NCBI RefSeq assembly: GCF_900314595.1
Contig: NZ_OMVW01000002.1
DNA: 64,000 nt
Reading direction: 5' to 3' (one strand)
Source of the DNA: an uncultured Dialister sp.
Lineage (GTDB): Bacteria > Bacillota > Negativicutes > Veillonellales > Dialisteraceae
The first letter of the stretch is position 1, and the number at the start of each line of letters is the position of its first letter. Positions 18,686-28,088 of the stretch are shown piece by piece. The position numbers were made by a program, and so were the translations under genes. Under the pieces are notes generated by a model, which saw nothing but the letters and a program-made list of their open reading frames with translations, made no database searches and had not been told where the DNA came from.

Positions 18686-20167
18686 ATGAATAAATACACC
18701 TGCCGTATTTTGGCGGCATCCATTGTCATTGCTCTCTCCTGCGGGATGATGGGTGTAGAGGCAAAAGGTTCAAAAACAAGGATTACTACAGATCCGGTGT
18801 TGACGGAAAAAGCGCTGGCTGCTCAAATGGATCAGGTCAGCACTGATAAAAATGTCAATTTTAATAATATGCTTCTCCAGAAAAATATCTCCGATTCCCT
18901 TGGTGAAGTTGCTGCACCGGAAGCTTCCAGCCTGGATATTGATCTGAAAGGTGCGGTTGTTACTTCTATTCAGAACAATCGAGACATCACAATTGCTGAC
19001 TTGCAGAGAAAAGAAGCTGAATCTGATGTGAGAAAAGCAGCAGCGGCTAAAAATCCACAAATCGGTTACAGCTGGAGCGGTAATCAGTTTAAAACAGTTT
19101 ATAATCCGGCAACTGGTCGTTCTACTAACCGTTCCTATAATCAGGGCGTAAATGTTTCTATGCCAATCTGGACTGGCGGAAATATAGAAGGTGCTATTAA
19201 TCAGGCTAGATATGCAAAGAATATTTCTGATTTGGAATACTACAAAACGGAAGCGGATACCAAATTATCAGCCGTGGAAGCTTACTATAAGTATCTGGAA
19301 ACTATTAAACTGGCAGGTGTGCAGGCTGAATCGGTCAGCGATTATGCCAGCCATCTGAATAATGTACAGCAGCAGTTTGATGCAGGTATCGTGGCAAAAC
19401 TTGATGTGTTGACTTCCAATGTTTCTTTGGCAAATGCGAAACAGAAGAGCATTGCTGCTGATAATGCAAGAGATTTGGCCGAAGCGAATTTGAATAATAT
19501 TATGCGTATTCCTATGAATACGAAACTGAATCCCCTTGACAAAGATTTCCCGGAACCGGAGTTTGACCTGACTCTGGAACAGGCTATTGCTATGGCGGAG
19601 AAATACCGCTGGGAACTGATTGAATCTGACTATAATGTTCGTATTGCGAAAGAAGCTCTTCGCATTGCAAGATCCGGCTATATGCCCACGATTTCCGTAG
19701 GTGGCGGATACAGCTGGGATGAAGCTGCTTTATCAAAAATAGATAAAGATGATTGGGCTTTACTGGGCAAAATCAGCTGGAGCATCTGGGATGGTGGTTC
19801 TACTGATGCGGCAATCAAGAAAGCCAATGAGGAAATCAAGGTGGCTCAGGAACAACTGTTGCAGGCAAGAGAGGGTGTAGAGCTTGAGGTCCGTCAGGAT
19901 TATCTGAATATCCTTTCTGCCAAGGAACAAATTCGTGCTACTGAAGCAGCTGTTGCGCAGGCAGAAGAAGCTTACAAGATTGCTACCGTCCGTTACAGCA
20001 GCGGTGTAGGTATCAACCTGGATGTGCTGGATGCTGAGTTACAGCTCAATACGGCAAGAACGAACTATATTACTGCTCTTTATGATTACAATATCGGTCT
20101 GGCAACTCTGGAACACGCCATGGGGATTCCGGCAGTGATTCATCCTGAATTTGCCAACGCAAAATAA
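18686..20167 (+). CDS. tolC: TolC-family outer-membrane channel
   Basis: A signal peptide precedes two repeats of the OEP pattern, helix-rich with ...GGYSW...W.GG... beta-turn motifs. The protein is 493 aa. Confidence 0.9.
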   Translation: MNKYTCRILAASIVIALSCGMMGVEAKGSKTRITTDPVLTEKALAAQMDQVSTDKNVNFNNMLLQKNISDSLGEVAAPEASSLDIDLKGAVVTSIQNNRDITIADLQRKEAESDVRKAAAAKNPQIGYSWSGNQFKTVYNPATGRSTNRSYNQGVNVSMPIWTGGNIEGAINQARYAKNISDLEYYKTEADTKLSAVEAYYKYLETIKLAGVQAESVSDYASHLNNVQQQFDAGIVAKLDVLTSNVSLANAKQKSIAADNARDLAEANLNNIMRIPMNTKLNPLDKDFPEPEFDLTLEQAIAMAEKYRWELIESDYNVRIAKEALRIARSGYMPTISVGGGYSWDEAALSKIDKDDWALLGKISWSIWDGGSTDAAIKKANEEIKVAQEQLLQAREGVELEVRQDYLNILSAKEQIRATEAAVAQAEEAYKIATVRYSSGVGINLDVLDAELQLNTARTNYITALYDYNIGLATLEHAMGIPAVIHPEFANAK

Positions 20168-20195
20168 GTGAAATGATTGTGTGAAATCATTTCAC
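20168..20195 (+). other. Intercistronic 11-bp stem-loop between tolC and tamB
   Basis: GTGAAATGATT (20168-20178) pairs with AATCATTTCAC (20185-20195). No strong U-tract follows. Confidence 0.35.
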
Positions 20196-20239
20196 CCAAT
20201 CATTTTCAAAAAACTGGGGAGATTATTTTGAAGCATAGT

Positions 20240-23200
20240 ATGAAATGGTGGATAAACACCATAGCGGCTGCCATTTTTATGGTGCTCGTCGTGATTTATC
20301 TGCTAATCCGGCCTATTATCGTGCAGAATCTGGAACCTGTACTGGCTGAAAAGCTGGGAGACAGGGTGAATGGTACCCTGTCCTGGTCTTCCATCGATCT
20401 GGACCCAAACCTGGATCTTTCTTTTGCCTATCTGGAACTGAAAGATGAAAAGGGGGAGGATGTTTTAAAGACACCCTCATTGACCGTAGGCTGGTCCATG
20501 TCTTCTCTATATAATTATCTCCTTCACGATGACGGTATCGCTACTGTTATTCGTGATGTAACTATTGAAAAGCCGGAACTTTCTCTTTCCCAGAAGGCCG
20601 ATGGAACCTGGAATATCAGTGATATCCTTAAACCTTCTGATGATTCCGACAGTGGGAAGTTTACGGGAAAGGTCATCATTACAAAGGGAAGGGCCCTGAT
20701 AAAGACAAATGAAGCTGGTCAGTTCGACTTCACAAAGGTGGAGGGCACTTTTGCCTGGGATAAGGATGCCCATATTGATGGCAGTCTAACGGGAGCCATC
20801 TTTGACAGCTCTTTTGATGGCAGGCTGAAATATACTGACAGCAATAATCTGGAAGTGAATATAAAGACAGATCCGATTCCATTGAAATCCCTGCAGCCGC
20901 TTATTGAAAAACTGCCGCAGTTTCAGAAAAAGCTGACACCGCAGGATGGGACGGGAAGCATAACGGAAGCCAAAATCTGGAAAAGCGACGGGATCGTCGT
21001 TTACCGGATGACCGGCTCTTTTAATCATGCTGCTCTTGGCTATGAAAATTACATTCTGGCTGATGGAGCGGCTTTTTTTAATATTGAAAATAACAGGGCA
21101 GATGTCACAAAAATTTCCGGAACGGTGAATGGGCAGAAAATCAGCGGTGAGGTCCATGTGGATCTTGCCGGAGAGGATACTCCTTTTTGGGGCACTGCTG
21201 CTTTATCCAAAGTTGATATAGCAAAAGTTGTCCCGGATTATGAAGCAAAAGGGATTGTGACAGGGGATCTTTCTTTCTCCGGAACAAAGGAACATCCATC
21301 TGTCAGTGGCGATATTTCCATTGTCGATGGAGCCTATGAAAATCTTTCAGTGGAAAAAGGAAAAGTATCTTTTTCCTATGATGATGGTTCCATCACTATA
21401 CCGTATCTGGAAGCAGATGCCGCAGGAGGGCATATTCTTGGTCATGGCAGCTATAGCATGGATGCCGGATTGTTTTCGATTCAGGCCTTTGTCGATCACG
21501 TTTCTATGGATCAAATCCCTGCAGGACAGGTTTTGAATGGACTTGTGAGCGGTTATTGCCAGGCAGAAGGTTCCTATAAAGATGGTATCCTCAATCTAGT
21601 CAGGGCGTCAGCCAACGGGGAAGCACTGAATTTGGATTTTAACGGTCTGTCGGCAGGAAATCTACGGGGATTTGGCAATTATCGGAATGGGAACTGGGAT
21701 GGAACCCTGAATGGTCAGAATATTTCTTATAAAGGGGTATTCCTGAATAATATAGCGGCATCCATTTCTGAAAAAGACGGTGTTATAGATATTCCTTATG
21801 CCAGCGGAATCAGCGGTAATGGCGCATTCTTTGCCACCGGTTCTTATGGCGGGGATCTGATGAATATAAATGTGGACGCATCAGATATTGATATGTCCAT
21901 GTTTACGCAACTGACCGATGAAGATATAGCCGGTATTGCATCGTTCAAAGGTAATATTTCCGGGACACTGGATCAGCCGGATGGAAATGGTACTATCAGG
22001 GCCAGAAATGGCCATTTCCGCAAAGCGGCTTTTGATACTGTTGATGGAAGTATGGCTCTTCATGATGGAAAACTGAACATTCCTTTATTAAATGTGGCTG
22101 GGGCCTCTGGAAATCATGAATTCAGCGGTACCATAGATATCCACAACTATGATATGAATATAAAAGTAAAGACTGATAAAGCAAGGATAGAAAATCTTCT
22201 ATCCATAGCTGGGCTGGATTATCCTGTGACTGGCTGGATTTCAAATGAACTTACGGTCACCGGAAAACCGGAGAACCCGAAAGTTCAGGGAGATTTTCAT
22301 GCCTGGAGCGGTTCGGTCATGGGGGAATTATTCCAGAGTATTTCCGGTCAGTATGGTTATGATAATAAAAAATTTGATTTGAAGAACTGCATGGGCTATA
22401 TGTATGATGGGGTAATCGTAATAAACGGTGGTGCAGAAGAGAACAATCTGAATCTCACTGTTTCCATGACGGATATTGATATTGAGCGTGTGCTGCCTGA
22501 CAAAGGCGTAAAAGGCAAAATTACACTTAACGGTCTCGTTAAGGGGAATTTTGACAGCCCTGATTTTGATGGTACGGCATCATCCCGGGAAATTACGATT
22601 GCCGGAAATACGATTCGGAATGTTTCTACCGGTGTCCATTATAAAGATCAGATTGTAACTGTTGATGAAGGCTCTTTCCATCAGAAGAAAGGAACTTTCC
22701 TCTGGAAGGGAAGTTACAATCTCTCCAGTGATGCATTGAATGGTTATCTGGATTTCAATGGCTGGAACATCCGGGATATTATGGCCTTCTTTGGGCGACC
22801 TGATGAATCTGTGGACGGACTTGTTGAAGGCGGTATGAAAATCAGTGGCACAAGAGATTCGCCTAATGTTAATTTCAGGGCCCATATTCTTGGTGGTCAT
22901 TTAGGAAATACTGCTCTTGGAGAAGGAAATATTGATTTCTCTTATATGAATGGGGCGCTTTCTATTCGTCAGTTTTCAATACCCGTGGGTGATGGTATCC
23001 TTGCGGCTAAGGGATCCATGAATAGCAGGGGGGATCTTGATATCCAGGCTGCAGCCCGAAATATGGATATTTCCTGGATTCCTCAAGTGATTGGAAGGAA
23101 AGATATTTCAATAGGTGGTAATCTGACTGCGGCTGTTTTCCTTTCCGGAAATAAATCAGCTCCGGAAGCAGATGTTTCCGTTGGTCTTGATCATCCGAAA

Positions 23201-24616
23201 TATGGGGATATAGCTTTTGACAGCATGTCTCTTATGGCCAATGCCTCGAATAATGTGATCACTATACAGAATGCTCTGATTTCCAGAGATGCTTACAGGG
23301 CCAGTATGAAAGGAACCATGCCGGGGAATATCTTTACCGGCAGTGAAACTGACAAGGCTGTCCCCCTGGATCTGGATATCAATCTGGACGAAGCGGATCT
23401 CAATATGCTTGCTCTTTTCTTCAAACCGGTTACGTCGGCCAGCGGTCCTATTCAGGGACATTTAAAGGTGGCCGGCAGTTATAAAGACCCGTTTCTACTT
23501 GGTGGTGTGAGCGTAAAAGATGGCGAATTTACGCTGCTGACGCTGAATGAAGTTGTGAAACCGGTCAATATGAATATGGAATTTAATGGAAATTCAGCTC
23601 ATGTAGAAAGCAGTGCTTCTATAGGTAATGGCGCTGTTACCGCTAATGGAACGGTTTCCTGGGATCATATGAAGATTTCCCAATATAATGGAGATTTCCA
23701 TATTCATCTACCTGCTCTGGATTCCCAGTATTATAAAGGGAAAGTAGATGGAGACTTTACTTTGGGCGAAATTGCGGGACTGGAGAGACCGGGAATTGAC
23801 GGGAATCTGAAGATTCAGGATGCGGTAATAGATGTTCCTTTAGCACTACTTAGTGATTCCGATACAACCCCATTGGATATACTGACACGTATCAATATCC
23901 AGGTTGGAAATAATGTGCGCCTTTATAATTCGGCTCTTTATGATCTTCTTGTGAGAGGAAATATTTCCATGATGGGGCCGCTTTCGGAACCTGTCATGGC
24001 TGGACGGGTTAATGTAGAGAAAGGTACTGTCAAAATCAATACTTCAGAATTCAAAGTAGATACGGCCAATGCCATCTGGGGGGGTGAGCCGGGGTCTTTC
24101 CTTCCTGTTGTTCACGCCAAAGCATTTACTAAAGTTGGTCATTATTCCATTACAGCTGAACTGGATGGTCTTCCCGGTGAAATGAAGACCACTTTCCACA
24201 GTGAACCGGCATTGAATGATTCCCAGATTCTTATGCTTCTTGTTTTTCACCAGAATCCGAAATCTGATAACGATGGAGCTATGGAAGGCGCACTTTTCAA
24301 TGCGGGACTCACTATGCTTTTGGGGAACGGGGTACAAGATTTTATGAAAGATAAGATAGGACTTGATCTGATTTCCATAACTTCCAGCCTGACCGATTAT
24401 TATGACAATGAAAAGGATAACAATGACAGTTATTATTATCTGAAAATCGGAAAGTATCTTTTTAATGATTTTATGCTTACTGCAACTATGGGGATGAACA
24501 ATAATGAGACAAGTTATGGCGCTCATTATGATTTGAACTCGCGAACTGGCATTTCCACGTGGTATAATAATAAACATGACAGTTATATTGGGATTGATTG
24601 GAGTTTTAAATTCTAG
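20240..24616 (+). CDS. tamB: TamB/AsmA-like translocation and assembly module protein (DUF490 C-terminus)
   Basis: A ~1460-aa protein with an N-terminal TM anchor (WWINTIAAAIFMVLVVIYLL) and a long beta-rich repetitive body. The C-terminal SEPALNDSQILMLLVF block is typical of TamB. The start is ATG 20240 or TTG 20228; the 20177 start in the ORF track is less likely. Confidence 0.85.
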   Translation: MKWWINTIAAAIFMVLVVIYLLIRPIIVQNLEPVLAEKLGDRVNGTLSWSSIDLDPNLDLSFAYLELKDEKGEDVLKTPSLTVGWSMSSLYNYLLHDDGIATVIRDVTIEKPELSLSQKADGTWNISDILKPSDDSDSGKFTGKVIITKGRALIKTNEAGQFDFTKVEGTFAWDKDAHIDGSLTGAIFDSSFDGRLKYTDSNNLEVNIKTDPIPLKSLQPLIEKLPQFQKKLTPQDGTGSITEAKIWKSDGIVVYRMTGSFNHAALGYENYILADGAAFFNIENNRADVTKISGTVNGQKISGEVHVDLAGEDTPFWGTAALSKVDIAKVVPDYEAKGIVTGDLSFSGTKEHPSVSGDISIVDGAYENLSVEKGKVSFSYDDGSITIPYLEADAAGGHILGHGSYSMDAGLFSIQAFVDHVSMDQIPAGQVLNGLVSGYCQAEGSYKDGILNLVRASANGEALNLDFNGLSAGNLRGFGNYRNGNWDGTLNGQNISYKGVFLNNIAASISEKDGVIDIPYASGISGNGAFFATGSYGGDLMNINVDASDIDMSMFTQLTDEDIAGIASFKGNISGTLDQPDGNGTIRARNGHFRKAAFDTVDGSMALHDGKLNIPLLNVAGASGNHEFSGTIDIHNYDMNIKVKTDKARIENLLSIAGLDYPVTGWISNELTVTGKPENPKVQGDFHAWSGSVMGELFQSISGQYGYDNKKFDLKNCMGYMYDGVIVINGGAEENNLNLTVSMTDIDIERVLPDKGVKGKITLNGLVKGNFDSPDFDGTASSREITIAGNTIRNVSTGVHYKDQIVTVDEGSFHQKKGTFLWKGSYNLSSDALNGYLDFNGWNIRDIMAFFGRPDESVDGLVEGGMKISGTRDSPNVNFRAHILGGHLGNTALGEGNIDFSYMNGALSIRQFSIPVGDGILAAKGSMNSRGDLDIQAAARNMDISWIPQVIGRKDISIGGNLTAAVFLSGNKSAPEADVSVGLDHPKYGDIAFDSMSLMANASNNVITIQNALISRDAYRASMKGTMPGNIFTGSETDKAVPLDLDINLDEADLNMLALFFKPVTSASGPIQGHLKVAGSYKDPFLLGGVSVKDGEFTLLTLNEVVKPVNMNMEFNGNSAHVESSASIGNGAVTANGTVSWDHMKISQYNGDFHIHLPALDSQYYKGKVDGDFTLGEIAGLERPGIDGNLKIQDAVIDVPLALLSDSDTTPLDILTRINIQVGNNVRLYNSALYDLLVRGNISMMGPLSEPVMAGRVNVEKGTVKINTSEFKVDTANAIWGGEPGSFLPVVHAKAFTKVGHYSITAELDGLPGEMKTTFHSEPALNDSQILMLLVFHQNPKSDNDGAMEGALFNAGLTMLLGNGVQDFMKDKIGLDLISITSSLTDYYDNEKDNNDSYYYLKIGKYLFNDFMLTATMGMNNNETSYGAHYDLNSRTGISTWYNNKHDSYIGIDWSFKF

Positions 24617-24625
24617 GAGAGGTAC

Positions 24626-25243
24626 ATGCTGGAAGAATATATGGCTTCTCTTTCTGCAATTCATAAGCTTGGCAGGAAGGAAGAAGCCGACCTGTGGAAA
24701 CAGTATAAAAAGTCTGGGCTGATTGAAGCAAGACAGTCTCTTATTGAACATTACCAGCCTCTTGTCTTCGGTGAGGCAATGAAATATTCTCTTCAAGAAG
24801 CAGTGACACTGGACCTGATTCAGGAGGGGACTGTGGGATTGATGGAAGCTGTCGAAAGGTATAATCCTGATACTGGAGTGGCTTTTTCCCTGTATGCTCT
24901 TCATCGGGTTCGTGGGAGAATGATTGATTTTCTGCAGAAGAATGGCAGAGAACTCCTGCTGGAGGATGGTCAGGAAGAACAAATCTTCTTTTCCAAAGCT
25001 GGGCCGGATACGGCTTTTGAAACAGCTGATAGAAATTCGCTCCATATGAAAGTCAGTCAGGCTGTTGACCGCCTTCCTGTGAGAGAACAAGATGTAATTA
25101 GGAGTGTCTATCTCAAGGAACAGACTGCCCAGGAAACTGCGGATGCTTTGGATGTCAGCACAGCCTATGTTTACAGGTTGGAAAAAAGAGGAATTAGGCG
25201 GCTGAGAGGGATGCTATCCCGGGTGATTCATGACAGAAAATGA
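24626..25243 (+). CDS. Sigma-70 family RNA polymerase sigma factor (small, group-3/FliA-like regions 2 and 4)
   Basis: Region 2 is visible (LIEHYQPLVFGEAMKY, DLIQEGTVGLMEAVERYNP, AFSLYALHRVRGRMIDFL). Region 4 contains a helix-turn-helix (QTAQETADALDVSTAYVYRLEKRGIRRLR). An AGGAGAGG RBS sits 10 nt after the tamB stop. Confidence 0.85.
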   Translation: MLEEYMASLSAIHKLGRKEEADLWKQYKKSGLIEARQSLIEHYQPLVFGEAMKYSLQEAVTLDLIQEGTVGLMEAVERYNPDTGVAFSLYALHRVRGRMIDFLQKNGRELLLEDGQEEQIFFSKAGPDTAFETADRNSLHMKVSQAVDRLPVREQDVIRSVYLKEQTAQETADALDVSTAYVYRLEKRGIRRLRGMLSRVIHDRK

Positions 25244-25410
25244 TTCTACATTGTGTATTCATTTGAATTTAAAAGATAATTGATGAAAATAGAAGAATTA
25301 TGTGGTTAACGACTGTTCATTTATACTTCTCTTTTTCTGATTATGTAATAATAAAGAAATCACTATGCTCTTTTTGATACGGGCAAAATTCCTTATTATT
25401 GGGAGGTATC

Positions 25411-25968
25411 ATGTCAGGAGATAAGATCAAACGGGTCCGGGCAGTAAGAAAATGGCTTGAAAAAGCCGAAAATTCTTATTCCAGCCACAGGGAAATAACA
25501 GGTGAAATAAACTTGATCATGGCACAGGCGGAAATGCAGCGGCTTCATGAGACAAGAAAAGAGTCCTCGACCAGACGCTGGGGCTTGAGGATTGTTGCTA
25601 TGATTGCTGCCTTTGGCATATTTCTGGGAATCAATGCGTTCTGGAATTTACTTAATTCTCCTGTTGAGCCACAACAGAAACCTGTCCAGATTGTTATTAA
25701 TGAAGTGACTTCGGCAGAGCCATCTGAGACAATATCTAATTTAGATAAAACAGAGGTGGTCTTGAAGGAGAAAGACAGCTCAAATGTTTATTCTCGCGAG
25801 GTATCGTCTGAAAACTTACGGGCGGCAGCTTATTCTGAGCCTGTACAGATACGGACAAAGGAGCAGGCTGCAGTTCCATCCCGCTATGTACCTGCACCAG
25901 CCTTATCAGATAAAGAAATTCAAAGTGTTGTTGGAGAGGCAGGAAGGGCCCTACGTGGTCAGGCTTGA
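25411..25968 (+). CDS. Single-pass membrane protein of unknown function (candidate anti-sigma factor)
   Basis: A ~58-aa charged helical N-terminus is followed by one TM helix (LRIVAMIAAFGIFLGINAFW) and a ~110-aa low-complexity extracytoplasmic tail. A GGGAGG RBS precedes the ATG. There is no zinc anti-sigma motif, so the role is inferred from position only. Confidence 0.45.
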   Translation: MSGDKIKRVRAVRKWLEKAENSYSSHREITGEINLIMAQAEMQRLHETRKESSTRRWGLRIVAMIAAFGIFLGINAFWNLLNSPVEPQQKPVQIVINEVTSAEPSETISNLDKTEVVLKEKDSSNVYSREVSSENLRAAAYSEPVQIRTKEQAAVPSRYVPAPALSDKEIQSVVGEAGRALRGQA

Positions 25969-26026
25969 CTTTTAATAAATAAAATTAAGCAGAAGTAAAT
26001 GCTACTCAAAAATTAGGGAGGATTTT

Positions 26027-28072
26027 ATGATTACTTTTGAAAACAAAAAGGCTCTTATCCTGGCAGCAATTTTTACAGCGGTTAGTGGTGCAGGAGCATT
26101 GGCCGATAGTCCGGATATGACATCAGGGCAGGGAAACATGTCTCAGAGTGATATGATCAGCGTAAAGAACGGTCAGGCTGTTGGAACATCCGGTCAGATT
26201 TCTGATGAAACTGAAGCTAAAGTGGAAGATTCTTCACTTCAGGTTCAGCAGTCCCAGCAGACCGTGGCTGTCGGAGATGCATCTTTATATTTAACAAAAG
26301 CTGATGACGAAGCTATTGAAGCACAAGTAGGAAAGACGATTACTTCTGTTGATTTCTCAGGAATTCCCGAATCAGTTAAACCGAAACTTGCTCCATTGCT
26401 TCAGAGCAAGCCTGGTATAAAGATTAGTGAAGAAGGGATTCGCAATGATGTGGCATCTCTTGGATCTACCGGGGTCTTCGCCCAGATTACTCCCGCATTC
26501 AATACTGTTAAGGAAGGTGTGGATGTCATATACCAGCTCGTTTCCAATCCGGTTGTTCATGATGTCGACTTTTCAGGGAATACCGTTTTTACCGGAGATT
26601 ATCTGAAGTCTATCATGAATATTCCACAGGACAGCGTGCTTAATTTTGTTCTTGTTAACCAAAAGTTAAAGGAAATTGAAAATCTCTATCTTAAGCAGGG
26701 ATATATGCTGGTTTCCATTCCTAATGTTCAGGTTTCTCCTGATGGGATTCTTCATGTCAACATTTCGGAAGGTACCGTCGAAGATATAGTCCTTGTAGGT
26801 AATGAGAAGACAAAAGATAAGGTCATTACACGTGAACTAAAACTCAAAAAAGGACAGCCATTTAATAAGTTCCTTGCCAGCAGGAGTATGGAAAGATTAT
26901 ACAACCTGGGTTATTTTGAAGATGTAAATATGAAACTTCTCCCAGGTAAGGAGAATGAGCATAATGTCATTATTGAAATTGACGTTATCGAACAAAAAAC
27001 AGGTGTTGTAACGGTTGGTGCAGGTTACTCCGATTCTGATGGTACCGTTGGTATTATTGAACTTGGCGATACAAACTTCCGTGGAACTGGCGATAAAGTT
27101 AATTTCCATTGGGAATTTGGCGGTGCCGGTGATGGCAAGAACTATACGATTTCTTACACCAGACCCTGGATCAATTCCAATGGCGACTCCCTGGGTGCAT
27201 CCATTTTCAACCGTATCTACACCTACGATGATTATGATGCCAAAGGTCATGAAATTGCTGAATACGACAAGAGAAGAAAAGGCTGGAATCTTACCTGGGG
27301 TCATGTAAGCAGCGAATACCGTACCAACTATTTCAATTTTGAATCATCCAAGGAATCCTATGATGATCATGATGGATTTGAATGGGGCGGAGCAGCGGAA
27401 GGCAAATTTAATAATGCAGAAAAGTATGGCTATACTGCAACAACGGATTCTGATGGTAATACTGTTTCTGCTCGTGAAAATATGAAAAAAGCCTGGCGGA
27501 AGGCTATTGATGATAACTTCGGAACCACAAACAGCTTTACTTTCACGCATGTATTTGATAATCGTGATAATTACTTCAACGCGAGCCGTGGCAGACGTAT
27601 TTCTTTCGCCCTCCAGTATGGCGGCCATGGACTTGGCGGGGATTATGATTTCTATAAATTCACCACAGAAGGCCGCTTCTATAAGGGGCTGGGCAATGGA
27701 CACATCCTTGCGCTGCGCTTGATGGGTGGCTATATAGATGGAGACGTGGCATATGGCAACCTCTTTGATCTTGGTGGCTCCAATACACTTCGCGGCTATG
27801 AAGATGATCAGTTCAAAGGCAAGAAGATGTATGCGGCTACGCTGGAATATCGTTTCCCAATTGCCAAGAAAGTTCAGGGTGTACTCTTTACCGATGTCGG
27901 CAGTACCTGGGATATTGATGATGGTAAGATTCCGTGGTATGATGACGATGATTCTATAAATTGGTCCGTAGGTGTCGGCCTTCGTCTCCAGACCCCAATC
28001 GGACCTATTCGCCTTGATTATGGTCATGGTGATCAGAACAAGTTCCATTTTAGCTTTGGTACACAGTTCTGA
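26027..28072 (+). CDS. bamA: Outer-membrane protein assembly factor BamA (Omp85 family)
   Basis: A signal peptide and an S/Q-rich linker are followed by about three POTRA-like modules (aa ~105-335). The Omp85 barrel carries RGY (NTLRGYEDDQF), and the C-terminal beta-signal ends FSFGTQF. Confidence 0.92.
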   Translation: MITFENKKALILAAIFTAVSGAGALADSPDMTSGQGNMSQSDMISVKNGQAVGTSGQISDETEAKVEDSSLQVQQSQQTVAVGDASLYLTKADDEAIEAQVGKTITSVDFSGIPESVKPKLAPLLQSKPGIKISEEGIRNDVASLGSTGVFAQITPAFNTVKEGVDVIYQLVSNPVVHDVDFSGNTVFTGDYLKSIMNIPQDSVLNFVLVNQKLKEIENLYLKQGYMLVSIPNVQVSPDGILHVNISEGTVEDIVLVGNEKTKDKVITRELKLKKGQPFNKFLASRSMERLYNLGYFEDVNMKLLPGKENEHNVIIEIDVIEQKTGVVTVGAGYSDSDGTVGIIELGDTNFRGTGDKVNFHWEFGGAGDGKNYTISYTRPWINSNGDSLGASIFNRIYTYDDYDAKGHEIAEYDKRRKGWNLTWGHVSSEYRTNYFNFESSKESYDDHDGFEWGGAAEGKFNNAEKYGYTATTDSDGNTVSARENMKKAWRKAIDDNFGTTNSFTFTHVFDNRDNYFNASRGRRISFALQYGGHGLGGDYDFYKFTTEGRFYKGLGNGHILALRLMGGYIDGDVAYGNLFDLGGSNTLRGYEDDQFKGKKMYAATLEYRFPIAKKVQGVLFTDVGSTWDIDDGKIPWYDDDDSINWSVGVGLRLQTPIGPIRLDYGHGDQNKFHFSFGTQF

Positions 28073-28088
28073 TTGAGAGAGGAGGAAC

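Noticed and set aside
18686-18770. TolC N-terminus IALSCG, considered as a lipobox.
   Set aside because: The residue at position -3 is Ala, not Leu/Val/Ile. A signal peptidase I site (VEA-KG) follows, so lipidation is unlikely.
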